Shown here piece by piece: positions 26,415 to 34,474 of a stretch of DNA of 39,264 bases (positions are counted from its first letter, which is position 1; the number at the start of each line of letters is the position of its first letter). Source of the stretch: a virus (Duplodnaviria > Caudoviricetes); the IMG/VR virus record IMGVR_UViG_3300030376_000749, positions 1 through 39,264 of that record. One strand, 5' to 3'. Below the pieces are notes generated by a model, which worked only from the letters and a program-made list of their open reading frames with translations, searched no databases and was not told the DNA's origin. A program made the translations under genes and the position numbers.

Positions 26415-27062
26415 ATTTTCTGCGGAACCTTGTATGGCCTGAATGTTGTCACTCATGTTACCAGAGGGAAGTGCGCCAGATATTGACATTAACTTTCTAT
26501 TAATCATATCTATTTTTTTGTTTAATGCGTTTTTAACGGCTCTCCCACCTGTAACCATTTTAGTTGTTGCACCTAGTGTGGCAATCTCAATTGGTGCAAG
26601 TAATGAGTGAAAGAATGCCTCACCTTTTCCGTGGTACTCTGGCATTCGATTTGTCACTTCATCATCAAAAGATTCTGAACTTGGGTCATACCCTTCCTCA
26701 ATTAATTCATTTTCAACTCTTGTTTTATCGGCATTAATTTTATTAAAGAACTTCCAAGAATCCGCAAAATCAATTGCACCGCCAATGCCAACCGCGTCTA
26801 ATGCTCCTAGACCCATATATTTATTTGGATCTCCACCAATTAAACCTGTCGCGTAATCGTCACCTATAATATTACCCAATGCACTTGCAACAGCTCTACG
26901 GCCTTCTCCAGACCTGTACACATTGTCAGGAAGGTTTTCAAACATTGTGCCAGTGCTAGAGTATGTCGGCCTCTCAGAAGCCTCCTGTTGCATCAGAGCC
27001 TTGTATATGGCTGGGTCTTCGTACTCTAGGAACTCTCGGTCATATTCGTCTTGACGTGCCAC
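26394..27062 (-). CDS. Hypothetical GAL-motif protein (GTG start)
   Basis: AGGAGG RBS; TAGTG coupling; LGALD and SGALP. Confidence 0.7.
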   Translation of the reverse strand: MARQDEYDREFLEYEDPAIYKALMQQEASERPTYSSTGTMFENLPDNVYRSGEGRRAVASALGNIIGDDYATGLIGGDPNKYMGLGALDAVGIGGAIDFADSWKFFNKINADKTRVENELIEEGYDPSSESFDDEVTNRMPEYHGKGEAFFHSLLAPIEIATLGATTKMVTGGRAVKNALNKKIDMINRKLMSISGALPSGNMSDNIQAIQGSAENLRDLRS

Positions 27063-27253
27063 TAGACCTGTCCTCCTGACAACTCACGCGCTAATATTTT
27101 TAGTGTCTCGGCAAATCCCTTGTCGAGTTCCTTAGCTGCTATTGCAAATTTGCGTGGGGATATATCATCTGTATCCAATCCACGACGTTTTAGGAAACTC
27201 TTAGCCGCTCTAATTTCTGCCTGTGCTACTCTTTTAACTGCCGCTTTTGCCAT
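27062..27253 (-). CDS. Small basic hypothetical protein
   Basis: 63 aa, Ala/Lys/Arg-rich; tightly packed with its neighbours. Confidence 0.7.
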   Translation of the reverse strand: MAKAAVKRVAQAEIRAAKSFLKRRGLDTDDISPRKFAIAAKELDKGFAETLKILARELSGGQV

Positions 27254-27256
27254 TTC

Positions 27257-27514
27257 TCACCATGCCTTGCACGACCAGTATCGTGCCTTTGTCTTTGGAC
27301 CTGGGTTATCGCAGTTATGTCTAGCCCTGAAATTAGACCTACGCCCCTTCTGGTTCTTTTTTATACGCATATTTGGATCACCAAAGGTTACACGCTTTAC
27401 CTTATCACCGTCCATTACAAAGACAACGGACTTTTTCTTGCCGTAACTTGTCTCCCCTTTTCGAATACGTCGGGGTTTATTTAAGCTGACTTTTTTACCT
27501 TTAAATTCTGCCAT
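27257..27514 (-). CDS. Small basic conserved phage protein
   Basis: VTFGDPNM..RRSNFRARHNC..ARYWSCKAW motif widespread in marine phages. Confidence 0.8.
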   Translation of the reverse strand: MAEFKGKKVSLNKPRRIRKGETSYGKKKSVVFVMDGDKVKRVTFGDPNMRIKKNQKGRRSNFRARHNCDNPGPKTKARYWSCKAW

Positions 27515-28257
27515 TACCTTAAAACTCCTAAGTTACTTGGGCTAAACATACCATCCTCAATATCTTCTGCACCTCTAAAATAGTCAATCTCTACAGGTAT
27601 TTTTTCTCTGCCACTTTCAAGAGCTTCAATTATTCTATGATTACCTTCCATTACAAAGGGAACCCCATCTTCTCGCACATAAATTTTTACTGGAGATGAT
27701 AGATACCCTTTTTCTTTAATAGATTTTTTAAGGTCACTTATCTTACCTGGATCTGGACGATATAGTTCCTCAAAAGCAGCCCCTTTAATTCCAGCAAGCA
27801 TTTGTGGGTCAAGCATTATGCTTTTATCAAGCCATGCTGTATTACCTTCGCCAGTACCGAAATTTGCTTGAAAAGTATTCGGAGGTGCTTCATTACGTTC
27901 TTTTTCTGCTTTTTTCAATTTTCTTTCAAGCCAATCCCCCCCAGGATTGTCCACTTTTAATGTTGGAGGGTTCATTAAACCTTCCCAATATTCGTTTACA
28001 CCAGATAAAGCTCCAAGAGAATCTTTTTTAATTTGCTTAGAAATGTTTTGTGCAAATCTTTTATCCATTGCCTCTGATTTATATGCCCTATCAAGTATAG
28101 CATTTAATGTTTCATCGGACGCAGATTCCAGTGTATCCATTGTCACGCCATTTACTTTAGCAATCTCGGCAACTTTAGGGTTTCCTCTTATTGCAAATCC
28201 AAATAATTCACGACCAAGACTTAAAACCTGTTCACCTAATTTTGTTAGAGCTGCCAT
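27514..28257 (-). CDS. ParB/Srx-like domain protein with an N-terminal leader
   Basis: ISDLKKSIKEKGYLSSPVKIY..VMEGNHRIIEA..IPV ParB-N signature; SLGALS at the leader/domain boundary. Confidence 0.7.
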   Translation of the reverse strand: MAALTKLGEQVLSLGRELFGFAIRGNPKVAEIAKVNGVTMDTLESASDETLNAILDRAYKSEAMDKRFAQNISKQIKKDSLGALSGVNEYWEGLMNPPTLKVDNPGGDWLERKLKKAEKERNEAPPNTFQANFGTGEGNTAWLDKSIMLDPQMLAGIKGAAFEELYRPDPGKISDLKKSIKEKGYLSSPVKIYVREDGVPFVMEGNHRIIEALESGREKIPVEIDYFRGAEDIEDGMFSPSNLGVLR

Positions 28258-28328
28258 TACTGAGGCTCCTCTTTTAAGTCTGACAATGCCCCAAGGGAAA
28301 CAGCGACTGGCGCGGCTGAGGCTAGGAG
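28254..28328. repeat. 75-bp direct repeat, copy 1 (C-terminal tag + RBS + TAATG)
   Basis: 71/75 identical to 29141..29215; all four differences are synonymous. Confidence 0.95.
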
Positions 28329-29144
28329 GTTTTTTGATTTACTTAACATTGGGTCAAATCTAGCAAATTTAGAGCGAACATTAGATGGATCAAACGTAAG
28401 ATAAGTTTTTTCACCAAATCCTTCTGGAGAAATTAACCCATCGTATCCTGCCTTTTTTAAAATTTCTGAACTATTCTTTTTTCCAAAAGTATTTAGTAAC
28501 TTTGTTAAAACATCAACTTTTTTAAGCTCTGGATCAAGAAACATACTTTTAATGTTAGTTGATTTTCCCTCACCCACTAGACCTTTAATAAACACACCAG
28601 GTAAAGAATTTTTACCATAATCTTTATATTCAACTGAAAAATCAGATGAAGGTTCTTCAAAAATTTTAGCAATTCTTAATACAGAATCTCCTGCTTTTTC
28701 ATTTGTATCAAAAATATTATTTTTTGAAACCATTGTTGGAATTATGTTACCACCTTCTACAAAAGGATCTTCTTCTAATCCAAATCCTGGTTTTTTTGGT
28801 ACATATCTTTCAGCTCGTCTTGGATTAGTTGTTGAGTAAAAACCTTCACCGTAAGCATCTATTCCTGTTCCAAACCTACCCTTATCAACTGATTTAAAAA
28901 CATTTCCTGTGCCATGATATGATCCAGTATAACCCATTTCTTCAGCTCTCTTCATACGGCTTGCTTCATCCATTGGTAAATCATAGTTTTTATAAAGATA
29001 AACATCATCTGCTTCATCTAACATTTCTTCTGTAATCTTTTCTGGCTCACCTTTTCTTAAAAAATCAAGAATAGTCTCGGCAACTTCTTCAGCTTTAGTT
29101 AAACCTGACTTAACCACATCTGTGAGTACACCAATTTTGCCCAT
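28257..29144 (-). CDS. ADP-ribosyltransferase-like protein (ART-PolyVal type)
   Basis: YHGT, G.GFYST.NP..A..Y, NIIP, GYDGL, E.TYLTFDPSNVRSKFARFDP. Confidence 0.7.
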   Translation of the reverse strand: MGKIGVLTDVVKSGLTKAEEVAETILDFLRKGEPEKITEEMLDEADDVYLYKNYDLPMDEASRMKRAEEMGYTGSYHGTGNVFKSVDKGRFGTGIDAYGEGFYSTTNPRRAERYVPKKPGFGLEEDPFVEGGNIIPTMVSKNNIFDTNEKAGDSVLRIAKIFEEPSSDFSVEYKDYGKNSLPGVFIKGLVGEGKSTNIKSMFLDPELKKVDVLTKLLNTFGKKNSSEILKKAGYDGLISPEGFGEKTYLTFDPSNVRSKFARFDPMLSKSKNLLASAAPVAVSLGALSDLKEEPQ

Positions 29145-29215
29145 TACTGAGGCTCCTCTTTTAAGTCTGACAATGCCCCAAGTGACACAGCGACTGGAGC
29201 GGCTGAGGCTAAGAG
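29141..29215. repeat. 75-bp direct repeat, copy 2
   Basis: Encodes LLASAAPVAVSLGALSDLKEEPQ, the stop and the next ATG. Confidence 0.95.
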
Positions 29216-29962
29216 CTTCCCACTTTTTGCTTTTTCTGGATCAAAAGATGCCCAAGGCATTCTAATTTGATTTGGTCTTAAAACAATTACACTTTCTGAT
29301 CCTGCATCTTCTACAATGTTTGTATATTTAATGCTGTCGAATCCATTTTTTTCTAAAAAGTCTTTTGTCCACTCGTTAATTCCCCAATCTTCGCCCATAT
29401 ACTCATTTGATTCAGCTTTGTAATTGATTGCATCATCTCTCATAACATTGTTTAATTTATAATCTCCGCTAAGAAAATCTTCCATTTCCTTTTCTGTCAT
29501 ATTGCCAAAAGTATTATTACTTGAAAGATCCGAATCAATTTTTTTTTCTATTTGTTTTAAAATATCACGAGCTTTCCATTCTCCTGTACGATTTTCTTCT
29601 AGATAAAGAGGATTGTTAGCTTTTAACTTTACAGGAAATGTTCTACTGCCTTCTCCCATTTTTTCGTAGTTCATATTTAATTTTTTAAATCTTTCTGGGC
29701 TTTCATTAAATAAATTTCTTAATTTGTTATTTACTAAATTTCTATTTCTTTCATCAGCAGCTTGTGCTGTTCCAAAATGATATCCAAGATCATTGCTACC
29801 TGTACCCACATCTGAAAATTCATCAAAATCTTTTTTAGCCGTTGTCGAGTGATAATAAATTTTATCCCCAAAACCCATATCTCTTGCTTTTTGTATAATT
29901 CTATTTAACGCACCATAAATTGGTGGTGCTATTTCTTTAGTTAACCCACTAATGACACCCAT
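29144..29962 (-). CDS. Second ADP-ribosyltransferase-like protein (ART-PolyVal type)
   Basis: YYHST...FDEF, GYHFGT..AA..R, FPVKLKANNPL, GFDSIKY.N..ED.GS.S.IVL.PNQIR. Confidence 0.7.
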   Translation of the reverse strand: MGVISGLTKEIAPPIYGALNRIIQKARDMGFGDKIYYHSTTAKKDFDEFSDVGTGSNDLGYHFGTAQAADERNRNLVNNKLRNLFNESPERFKKLNMNYEKMGEGSRTFPVKLKANNPLYLEENRTGEWKARDILKQIEKKIDSDLSSNNTFGNMTEKEMEDFLSGDYKLNNVMRDDAINYKAESNEYMGEDWGINEWTKDFLEKNGFDSIKYTNIVEDAGSESVIVLRPNQIRMPWASFDPEKAKSGKLLASAAPVAVSLGALSDLKEEPQ

Positions 29963-30348
29963 TAGACGGCTCCTCGTGACGCTCTGAGTGCCTCTAAGCT
30001 CTTTTCCTTAGTTCCACCGTCATATTCCCACGCATAGCCCTCAGTGACCATTATATTGTTTATATTTTCGTCATTGCCGTGTAACCAGCCAAGCATTCTG
30101 CCATATTTGCCGTCTTTTTCGGTTTTGACCCTGAGATTTTTGCAATTGTCAAGTTTATTCTGCAAATATTCCTTTGCCTCTAGACCCATCTTCTTTTCTT
30201 CGAGGTTTCGCGTCCGACTTTCTGGTGTATCAATCCCAGCAAGCCTAATTCTTTCTTTTTTTGTCAGATCAAAGCCTAAATCAATGAGGACATCTATTGT
30301 GTCGCCATCTACAACCTTTAAAACTTCTTTGATCGCGTATTCATACAT
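29962..30348 (-). CDS. Thermonuclease (staphylococcal nuclease family)
   Basis: VVDGDTIDV, RIRLAGIDTPE, GKYGRMLG, EGYA. Confidence 0.92.
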   Translation of the reverse strand: MYEYAIKEVLKVVDGDTIDVLIDLGFDLTKKERIRLAGIDTPESRTRNLEEKKMGLEAKEYLQNKLDNCKNLRVKTEKDGKYGRMLGWLHGNDENINNIMVTEGYAWEYDGGTKEKSLEALRASRGAV

Positions 30349-30494
30349 TAGGCTTTGTGAACTTTCTGTATTTCAAAGGATGCCTTCTTGACTGCACCCT
30401 TGTGAGGCTTGTAATCGCCCTTCATTAACTTAAATCCCTTGCCAGATTTCATCCAATGAAAACCTTTAGGAGCTTCAACTGTTTTTTTTGCCAT
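30348..30494 (-). CDS. 48-aa basic protein (MAKKTVEAPKGFHWMKSGKGFKLMKGDYKPHKGAVKKASFEIQKVHKA)
   Basis: Hand-translated; TAATG-coupled to the nuclease gene; APKGFHWM motif recalled from marine phages. Confidence 0.75.
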   Translation of the reverse strand: MAKKTVEAPKGFHWMKSGKGFKLMKGDYKPHKGAVKKASFEIQKVHKA

Positions 30495-30738
30495 TTTTCT
30501 TACCTTTCCAATTTACACGTTTAGCTGATGTCTTTTGCTTTGTAGCTGCCTTTGCCTTCTTACTCTTACACTGAGCCATTGTCGGACGGCAAGCAGGATA
30601 TCCTCTCTTGCTTTTAGCAGTTCTGGATTTACGTCCACAGGGCTTGCCAGTTTTACAGTCAACCCAGCCCTTGCCACTATTTTGGCTAAACCACTTTCTT
30701 AAACCACCACTGGTGCTACTTTTTCTTTTTCTTGGCAC
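30475..30738 (-). CDS. Basic Cys-containing protein, DUF5872-like (GTG start)
   Basis: LRKWF..WVDC..GKPCGR..YPACRP. Confidence 0.7.
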   Translation of the reverse strand: MPRKRKSSTSGGLRKWFSQNSGKGWVDCKTGKPCGRKSRTAKSKRGYPACRPTMAQCKSKKAKAATKQKTSAKRVNWKGKKNGKKNS

Positions 30739-30892
30739 TTTTATTACCCCAGTTCTTTGCCCCTACTTTTCTGCACTTCACAAGTGCGCCAGATCCATAC
30801 GCACTAGGCCACGTTCCACCATTTCTGGTGTACCGAGCCTTTACCTTCCTGTAACACGCATCTCTTTTTGCTTTTTTCTTTTTGACAGGCAT
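30716..30892 (-). CDS. 58-aa basic protein (MPVKKKKAKRDACYRKVKARYTRNGGTWPSAYGSGALVKCRKVGAKNWG...)
   Basis: Hand-translated; DACY.KVK.RY..WPSAY.SGALVKCRKVGAKNWG recalled as a conserved marine phage motif. Confidence 0.8.
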   Translation of the reverse strand: MPVKKKKAKRDACYRKVKARYTRNGGTWPSAYGSGALVKCRKVGAKNWGNKSAKKKKK

Positions 30893-30958
30893 AATTATTT
30901 ACTTCCCTTTACTAGCAAAAACATGTATGATACAACTCTTATTAAGGGAGATAATAAC

Positions 30959-31153
30959 ATGGATAAATTAAATAAAGAAGCACTCTTGGATGAAGTGTGG
31001 AAAATAACCTTAGAGGCATCTGGAGGTATAGAAATACCATCAGAAATACAAACAAAATTAGAATTGCTTGATCCTATGCTGGACAATGCTCTCGGTTTAA
31101 ATAAAGAAGGTGTCAGGCGTTCCATTAATTACGGCCTTTCAAAATCTCAGTAA
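30959..31153 (+). CDS. 64-aa lone antisense-oriented protein (MDKLNKEALLDEVWKITLEASGGIEIPSEIQ...)
   Basis: AAGGGAG RBS before ATG 30959; occupies a gap in the minus-strand gene array; overlaps the convergent gene end by 29 nt. Confidence 0.6.
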   Translation: MDKLNKEALLDEVWKITLEASGGIEIPSEIQTKLELLDPMLDNALGLNKEGVRRSINYGLSKSQ

Positions 31154-32198
31154 ACTTACTGACCTCATCAACCATTTGCTGATCAACTTTTTGTTTTATT
31201 GATGGGGTCATTAAAAATGCTCTTTGTGGGTTTGCCTTACCAGTTGTTTCTTTTCTTTTAGCCATTTCTTCAAAGAAATCTCGCCAAATTAATTCTCCAG
31301 GCACATCTTTAGGCAGACTACCTAAATACTCACCTACAACTTCAGTATTATATGTCTTATGTTTAGATGGTTGTGTTATGATGGAATCTAATGCGCCTAT
31401 AGACCTGCCAGTTGTAAATGAAGGAGTAGTTAATAGTGCAGGATCAGTAATAGCAGCTCTTATAACGCCAAGATCAGGAAATCCTTGTTTTTTAAAACTA
31501 TCTTTATCCATAAATTGCCAAAGAAGTCTTCTATCTGAACCAGACATATTATTTATATATTCACGAGCTTTTGGATTTAAGATGCCAACCCAATCTGAAT
31601 CTACATTTTTCTTTATTAAATCGTCGTAACTTTTTGCGGCTTTTTTTGTAATTTTACTTTGCTCTATCATCCCCATTGTTGCATCTGACATCATTTTAGA
31701 AAAATCACCAGATTGACCAGACATTGCTGTATAGACCATTAAAGGGTCATCCATGTCACTCATAGCTTTTGCTTTTGTTTTCATTGCCGCTTGCTCAGAT
31801 GCCCAGAGACCTGCATCATTTAATCGCATAAATTCATTACCACCCTGCATCTCAACAGGTTGGTTTAGCTTTACTCCAGCTATTGCATCAAGAGTTTTTC
31901 CTGCATATGTTCTATCTCCATATGCAGGAGTTAAAGTTCTGCCCTGTAGTTCAGAAATATCAATTGTCTGCTCTGGAATTAAAATACCTTGGTCTGTTGT
32001 CTTATACTCAATATCCTCAACAAAATCAGGTAGCCTTGTTCCCCCTAAACCAGCAGGATCTAGGTCTGTTTTTACAGGTTTAACTAAATCTTTTAAAGCA
32101 CCGTAGCCCTCTGATGAACGTATATAGTCCTTTAAATACTCTAAGGCATCATCAGTTAAGTCTCCACCACGTTTAAGAAGAGCAGATAAAATAGACAT
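31125..32198 (-). CDS. Hypothetical globular protein with amphipathic leader and GAL motifs
   Basis: 357 aa; MSILSALLK leader; YGALK and IGALD; enzyme-like core (GDRT, MQGG, WAS). Confidence 0.7.
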   Translation of the reverse strand: MSILSALLKRGGDLTDDALEYLKDYIRSSEGYGALKDLVKPVKTDLDPAGLGGTRLPDFVEDIEYKTTDQGILIPEQTIDISELQGRTLTPAYGDRTYAGKTLDAIAGVKLNQPVEMQGGNEFMRLNDAGLWASEQAAMKTKAKAMSDMDDPLMVYTAMSGQSGDFSKMMSDATMGMIEQSKITKKAAKSYDDLIKKNVDSDWVGILNPKAREYINNMSGSDRRLLWQFMDKDSFKKQGFPDLGVIRAAITDPALLTTPSFTTGRSIGALDSIITQPSKHKTYNTEVVGEYLGSLPKDVPGELIWRDFFEEMAKRKETTGKANPQRAFLMTPSIKQKVDQQMVDEVSKFTEILKGRN

Positions 32199-32204
32199 TA
32201 TTCT

Positions 32205-32366
32205 TTACTCGCCTGATTTCTCTTTAAGAACCAATCCGAATATAGCGCAGATAATACCTGCCCAAGTTAATATTGGCAGTGTTAGTAAAATGCCCAGACC
32301 AACACCAACGACAGCCGCAGCTCCATAGCTTGAAGGCTCTTTTAATCTTCCTTTAATCCAATCCAT
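32205..32366 (-). CDS. 53-aa two-TM membrane protein, holin-like (MDWIKGRLKEPSSYGAAAVVGVGLG...)
   Basis: Hand-translated; RLKEPSS motif; TAATG coupling. Confidence 0.7.
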   Translation of the reverse strand: MDWIKGRLKEPSSYGAAAVVGVGLGILLTLPILTWAGIICAIFGLVLKEKSGE

Positions 32367-32500
32367 TACGCTTTCCTTCCCTTTTTGTTATAGCCAGAGG
32401 CATAAATCGCTCTGCCCTGACGCTCTGCTTCTTTCTTTGTTTTGTAAATCTTTCCAGACTTACCCCACCTGTAACCACCTTTTACTTTTGTTACAGGCAT
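32366..32500 (-). CDS. 44-aa basic protein (MPVTKVKGGYRWGKSGKIYKTKKEAERQGRAIYASGYNKKGRKA)
   Basis: Hand-translated; GGAGG RBS; fills the gap exactly. Confidence 0.8.
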   Translation of the reverse strand: MPVTKVKGGYRWGKSGKIYKTKKEAERQGRAIYASGYNKKGRKA

Positions 32501-32782
32501 TTAACCTCCAAGTAACTCATTCATCATTTCGTGAACGTCGCCACCGCCAACTTTCATGACTTTGACTTTAACACCGTCGCCATGATCATCGTACATGTCT
32601 TCCTCCATCATCTCCTCTTCGTACTCATCACCCACGCCATGTTGCATTTGGTGACAGAGCAGTAGGAAATTAACGAGCTGGTCGTCACTCATATCTAATC
32701 CGTCAGAGTTATGAGCGAAACCCATTTTCTCCATGAAGAGTTCTGCGTTCTCTTCCATATTTTCTACATTTACTTCAGCCAT
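32501..32782 (-). CDS. Small acidic Met-rich protein
   Basis: AAGGAG RBS; 93 aa. Confidence 0.75.
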   Translation of the reverse strand: MAEVNVENMEENAELFMEKMGFAHNSDGLDMSDDQLVNFLLLCHQMQHGVGDEYEEEMMEEDMYDDHGDGVKVKVMKVGGGDVHEMMNELLGG

Positions 32783-32783
32783 T

Positions 32784-33170
32784 TTATTCTCCTTGTGACT
32801 TCATTTTATTAACTTCATCCATAATGGTATTTTTTATACCACTCAACGCACCTCTTGTGTCTTCCATTCTCTCACCCATATATTCCTGTATTTGCTCAGG
32901 TGAAGAACCTTCCATTAACCTAACGTCATCTACAGACCTACCCAAGCCTAAAGTTTGCAATATGCGCTCCAGTAGATTGTAATTTTGCTCACTGTCTGTA
33001 TCTGGACCCATTTCGCCTTGACCAGTGCCAATGGAATCTATCAAGATGCCAAGCTCATCGTCGCTCATTTGACCAATGTAATCTTCAAAGCTAACATCAT
33101 TCTCTATTGGCATTGCCCTCTGCGTGCTTTCAGCTAATGCTCTGTTGATTGCCTCTATTTGATCTGCCAT
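32784..33170 (-). CDS. Small acidic protein with RGALSG motif
   Basis: GAGGAGG RBS; TAATG coupling. Confidence 0.75.
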   Translation of the reverse strand: MADQIEAINRALAESTQRAMPIENDVSFEDYIGQMSDDELGILIDSIGTGQGEMGPDTDSEQNYNLLERILQTLGLGRSVDDVRLMEGSSPEQIQEYMGERMEDTRGALSGIKNTIMDEVNKMKSQGE

Positions 33171-34474
33171 TATGCTTCCTCCTCTACAGGTGCATCCATT
33201 TCTGTGCGTCTTGCGTAAGGTATATATTTTAAATATTCCTCTGGAACTAACTGGTCAGTCTCTGTAAATCTCAGTGAGCCATCAGCCGCCTGATAGACAT
33301 CTACATCAAAATCTGGACCTGTTCCGTAGGCATTATATATAGAGTTGCGAAGCCAACTAGATGGCGCGGTAGACCTAAAGAGATTAAAATATTCTGCTGG
33401 CAGTTCACCTTCTCCGTCACCAATTATTTCTATAGGGTCAGTTGTATCACCTCCATTTGCTGGCGGTTTACCTTCTTCATCACCGCCCATTTCTATAGGG
33501 TCTGGCTCACCATCCTCAACGGTATATGTTCCATCGGGATTTTCTGTGTAAATATTTGTGTCAGTAATATCAATCGCGTAAGGATTGTCATAAGGATCTA
33601 TTGTAATGCCAACATCTCCTTCACCAGCGGAAGATCCAACACCATCAATACTACCTGCACCAAAATCAAAATCATTTTCAGGCGCGCCAGCAGATACACC
33701 GCCACCAAGATCGACACCACTTCCTCCAAATTCACCCAAGAAATCACCGCCTGAATCAAAATCAACGCCACCTGACCCTATGTCACCTGTACCAACGTCA
33801 CCTACACCATCAACACTACCCATACCAAAGTCAAAATCAGTTCCAGTTACACCAGCAGATGCTCCCACACCTGCTTCTTCTTGAGCCATAAGATTTCTTA
33901 TATTATCAAACATATCAGTTCCAACTATACTAGTTGTTGTGGCTCCCGAAGTGTTAGTTGGGTCAACTGTAACTTCTACAGGAGAAGTGCTCACTGCATC
34001 TGTGCCATAGTCAACATAACCAGAACCACCATCAGATACACCTAAAAAACCATCATCAGAAACTGGTGAAGATATAGCAGGTGTAGCAATCTCAGATGTA
34101 ACAGGTGTAAAACTTGCATTATAAGCGTCAATTGTTGCTAAGTCTCTATTTCTGGCATCTTGATTGTAACCTCTTTCAAGCGGCTGGTTTACTCTAGCTA
34201 TTGCATTATTATAGTCATTTACTGAAACACCTTGATTTCCTCCTCCACCACCACCAGGAGCTTCATAACCAAAATTTGCGTCTGGTTGTTGCTGACCACC
34301 GTAACCAAAATAATAAGCAGGTATTCCCATAGGTCCGACAGGCTCACCAGCACCACCCAATTGACGTAGTAACATTTCCTCTTGGGGATTAATGTATGCC
34401 AACATATGTGGCTGGTTTGCAATCATTGTGCGTCTGGGCAATACTCCGAATTTATTGTTGCCATTGTAGTTCAT
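33170..34474 (-). CDS. Acidic Gly/Asp-rich protein with conserved N-terminal LAYINP domain (start corrected to ATG 34474)
   Basis: ATGA overlap with the upstream stop; PHMLAYINPQEEMLLRQLGGAG..GIPAY; internal DFDFGxGSxDGVG and DPIE..GD.EG duplications. Confidence 0.7.
   Translation of the reverse strand: MNYNGNNKFGVLPRRTMIANQPHMLAYINPQEEMLLRQLGGAGEPVGPMGIPAYYFGYGGQQQPDANFGYEAPGGGGGGNQGVSVNDYNNAIARVNQPLERGYNQDARNRDLATIDAYNASFTPVTSEIATPAISSPVSDDGFLGVSDGGSGYVDYGTDAVSTSPVEVTVDPTNTSGATTTSIVGTDMFDNIRNLMAQEEAGVGASAGVTGTDFDFGMGSVDGVGDVGTGDIGSGGVDFDSGGDFLGEFGGSGVDLGGGVSAGAPENDFDFGAGSIDGVGSSAGEGDVGITIDPYDNPYAIDITDTNIYTENPDGTYTVEDGEPDPIEMGGDEEGKPPANGGDTTDPIEIIGDGEGELPAEYFNLFRSTAPSSWLRNSIYNAYGTGPDFDVDVYQAADGSLRFTETDQLVPEEYLKYIPYARRTEMDAPVEEEA

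Noticed and set aside
30716-30892. SGALV as another instance of the GAL tag
   Set aside because: It is part of this family's own conserved WPSAY.SGALVKC core, so it was left out of the motif count
30882-30936. Sigma70 promoter for the 30959 gene
   Set aside because: TTGACA (30882) and TATGAT (30926) are present but not at a usable spacing
30895-31125. Minus-strand 76-aa ORF TAATG-coupled to 31125..32198
   Set aside because: Ser-rich sequence typical of an antisense read, with a weak RBS. The plus-strand ORF 30959..31153 has a strong RBS and more protein-like composition. Not fully excluded.
30608-31153. 181-aa plus-strand ORF from the track
   Set aside because: Its 5' part is antisense to two recognisable minus-strand genes; only the portion from ATG 30959 is supported
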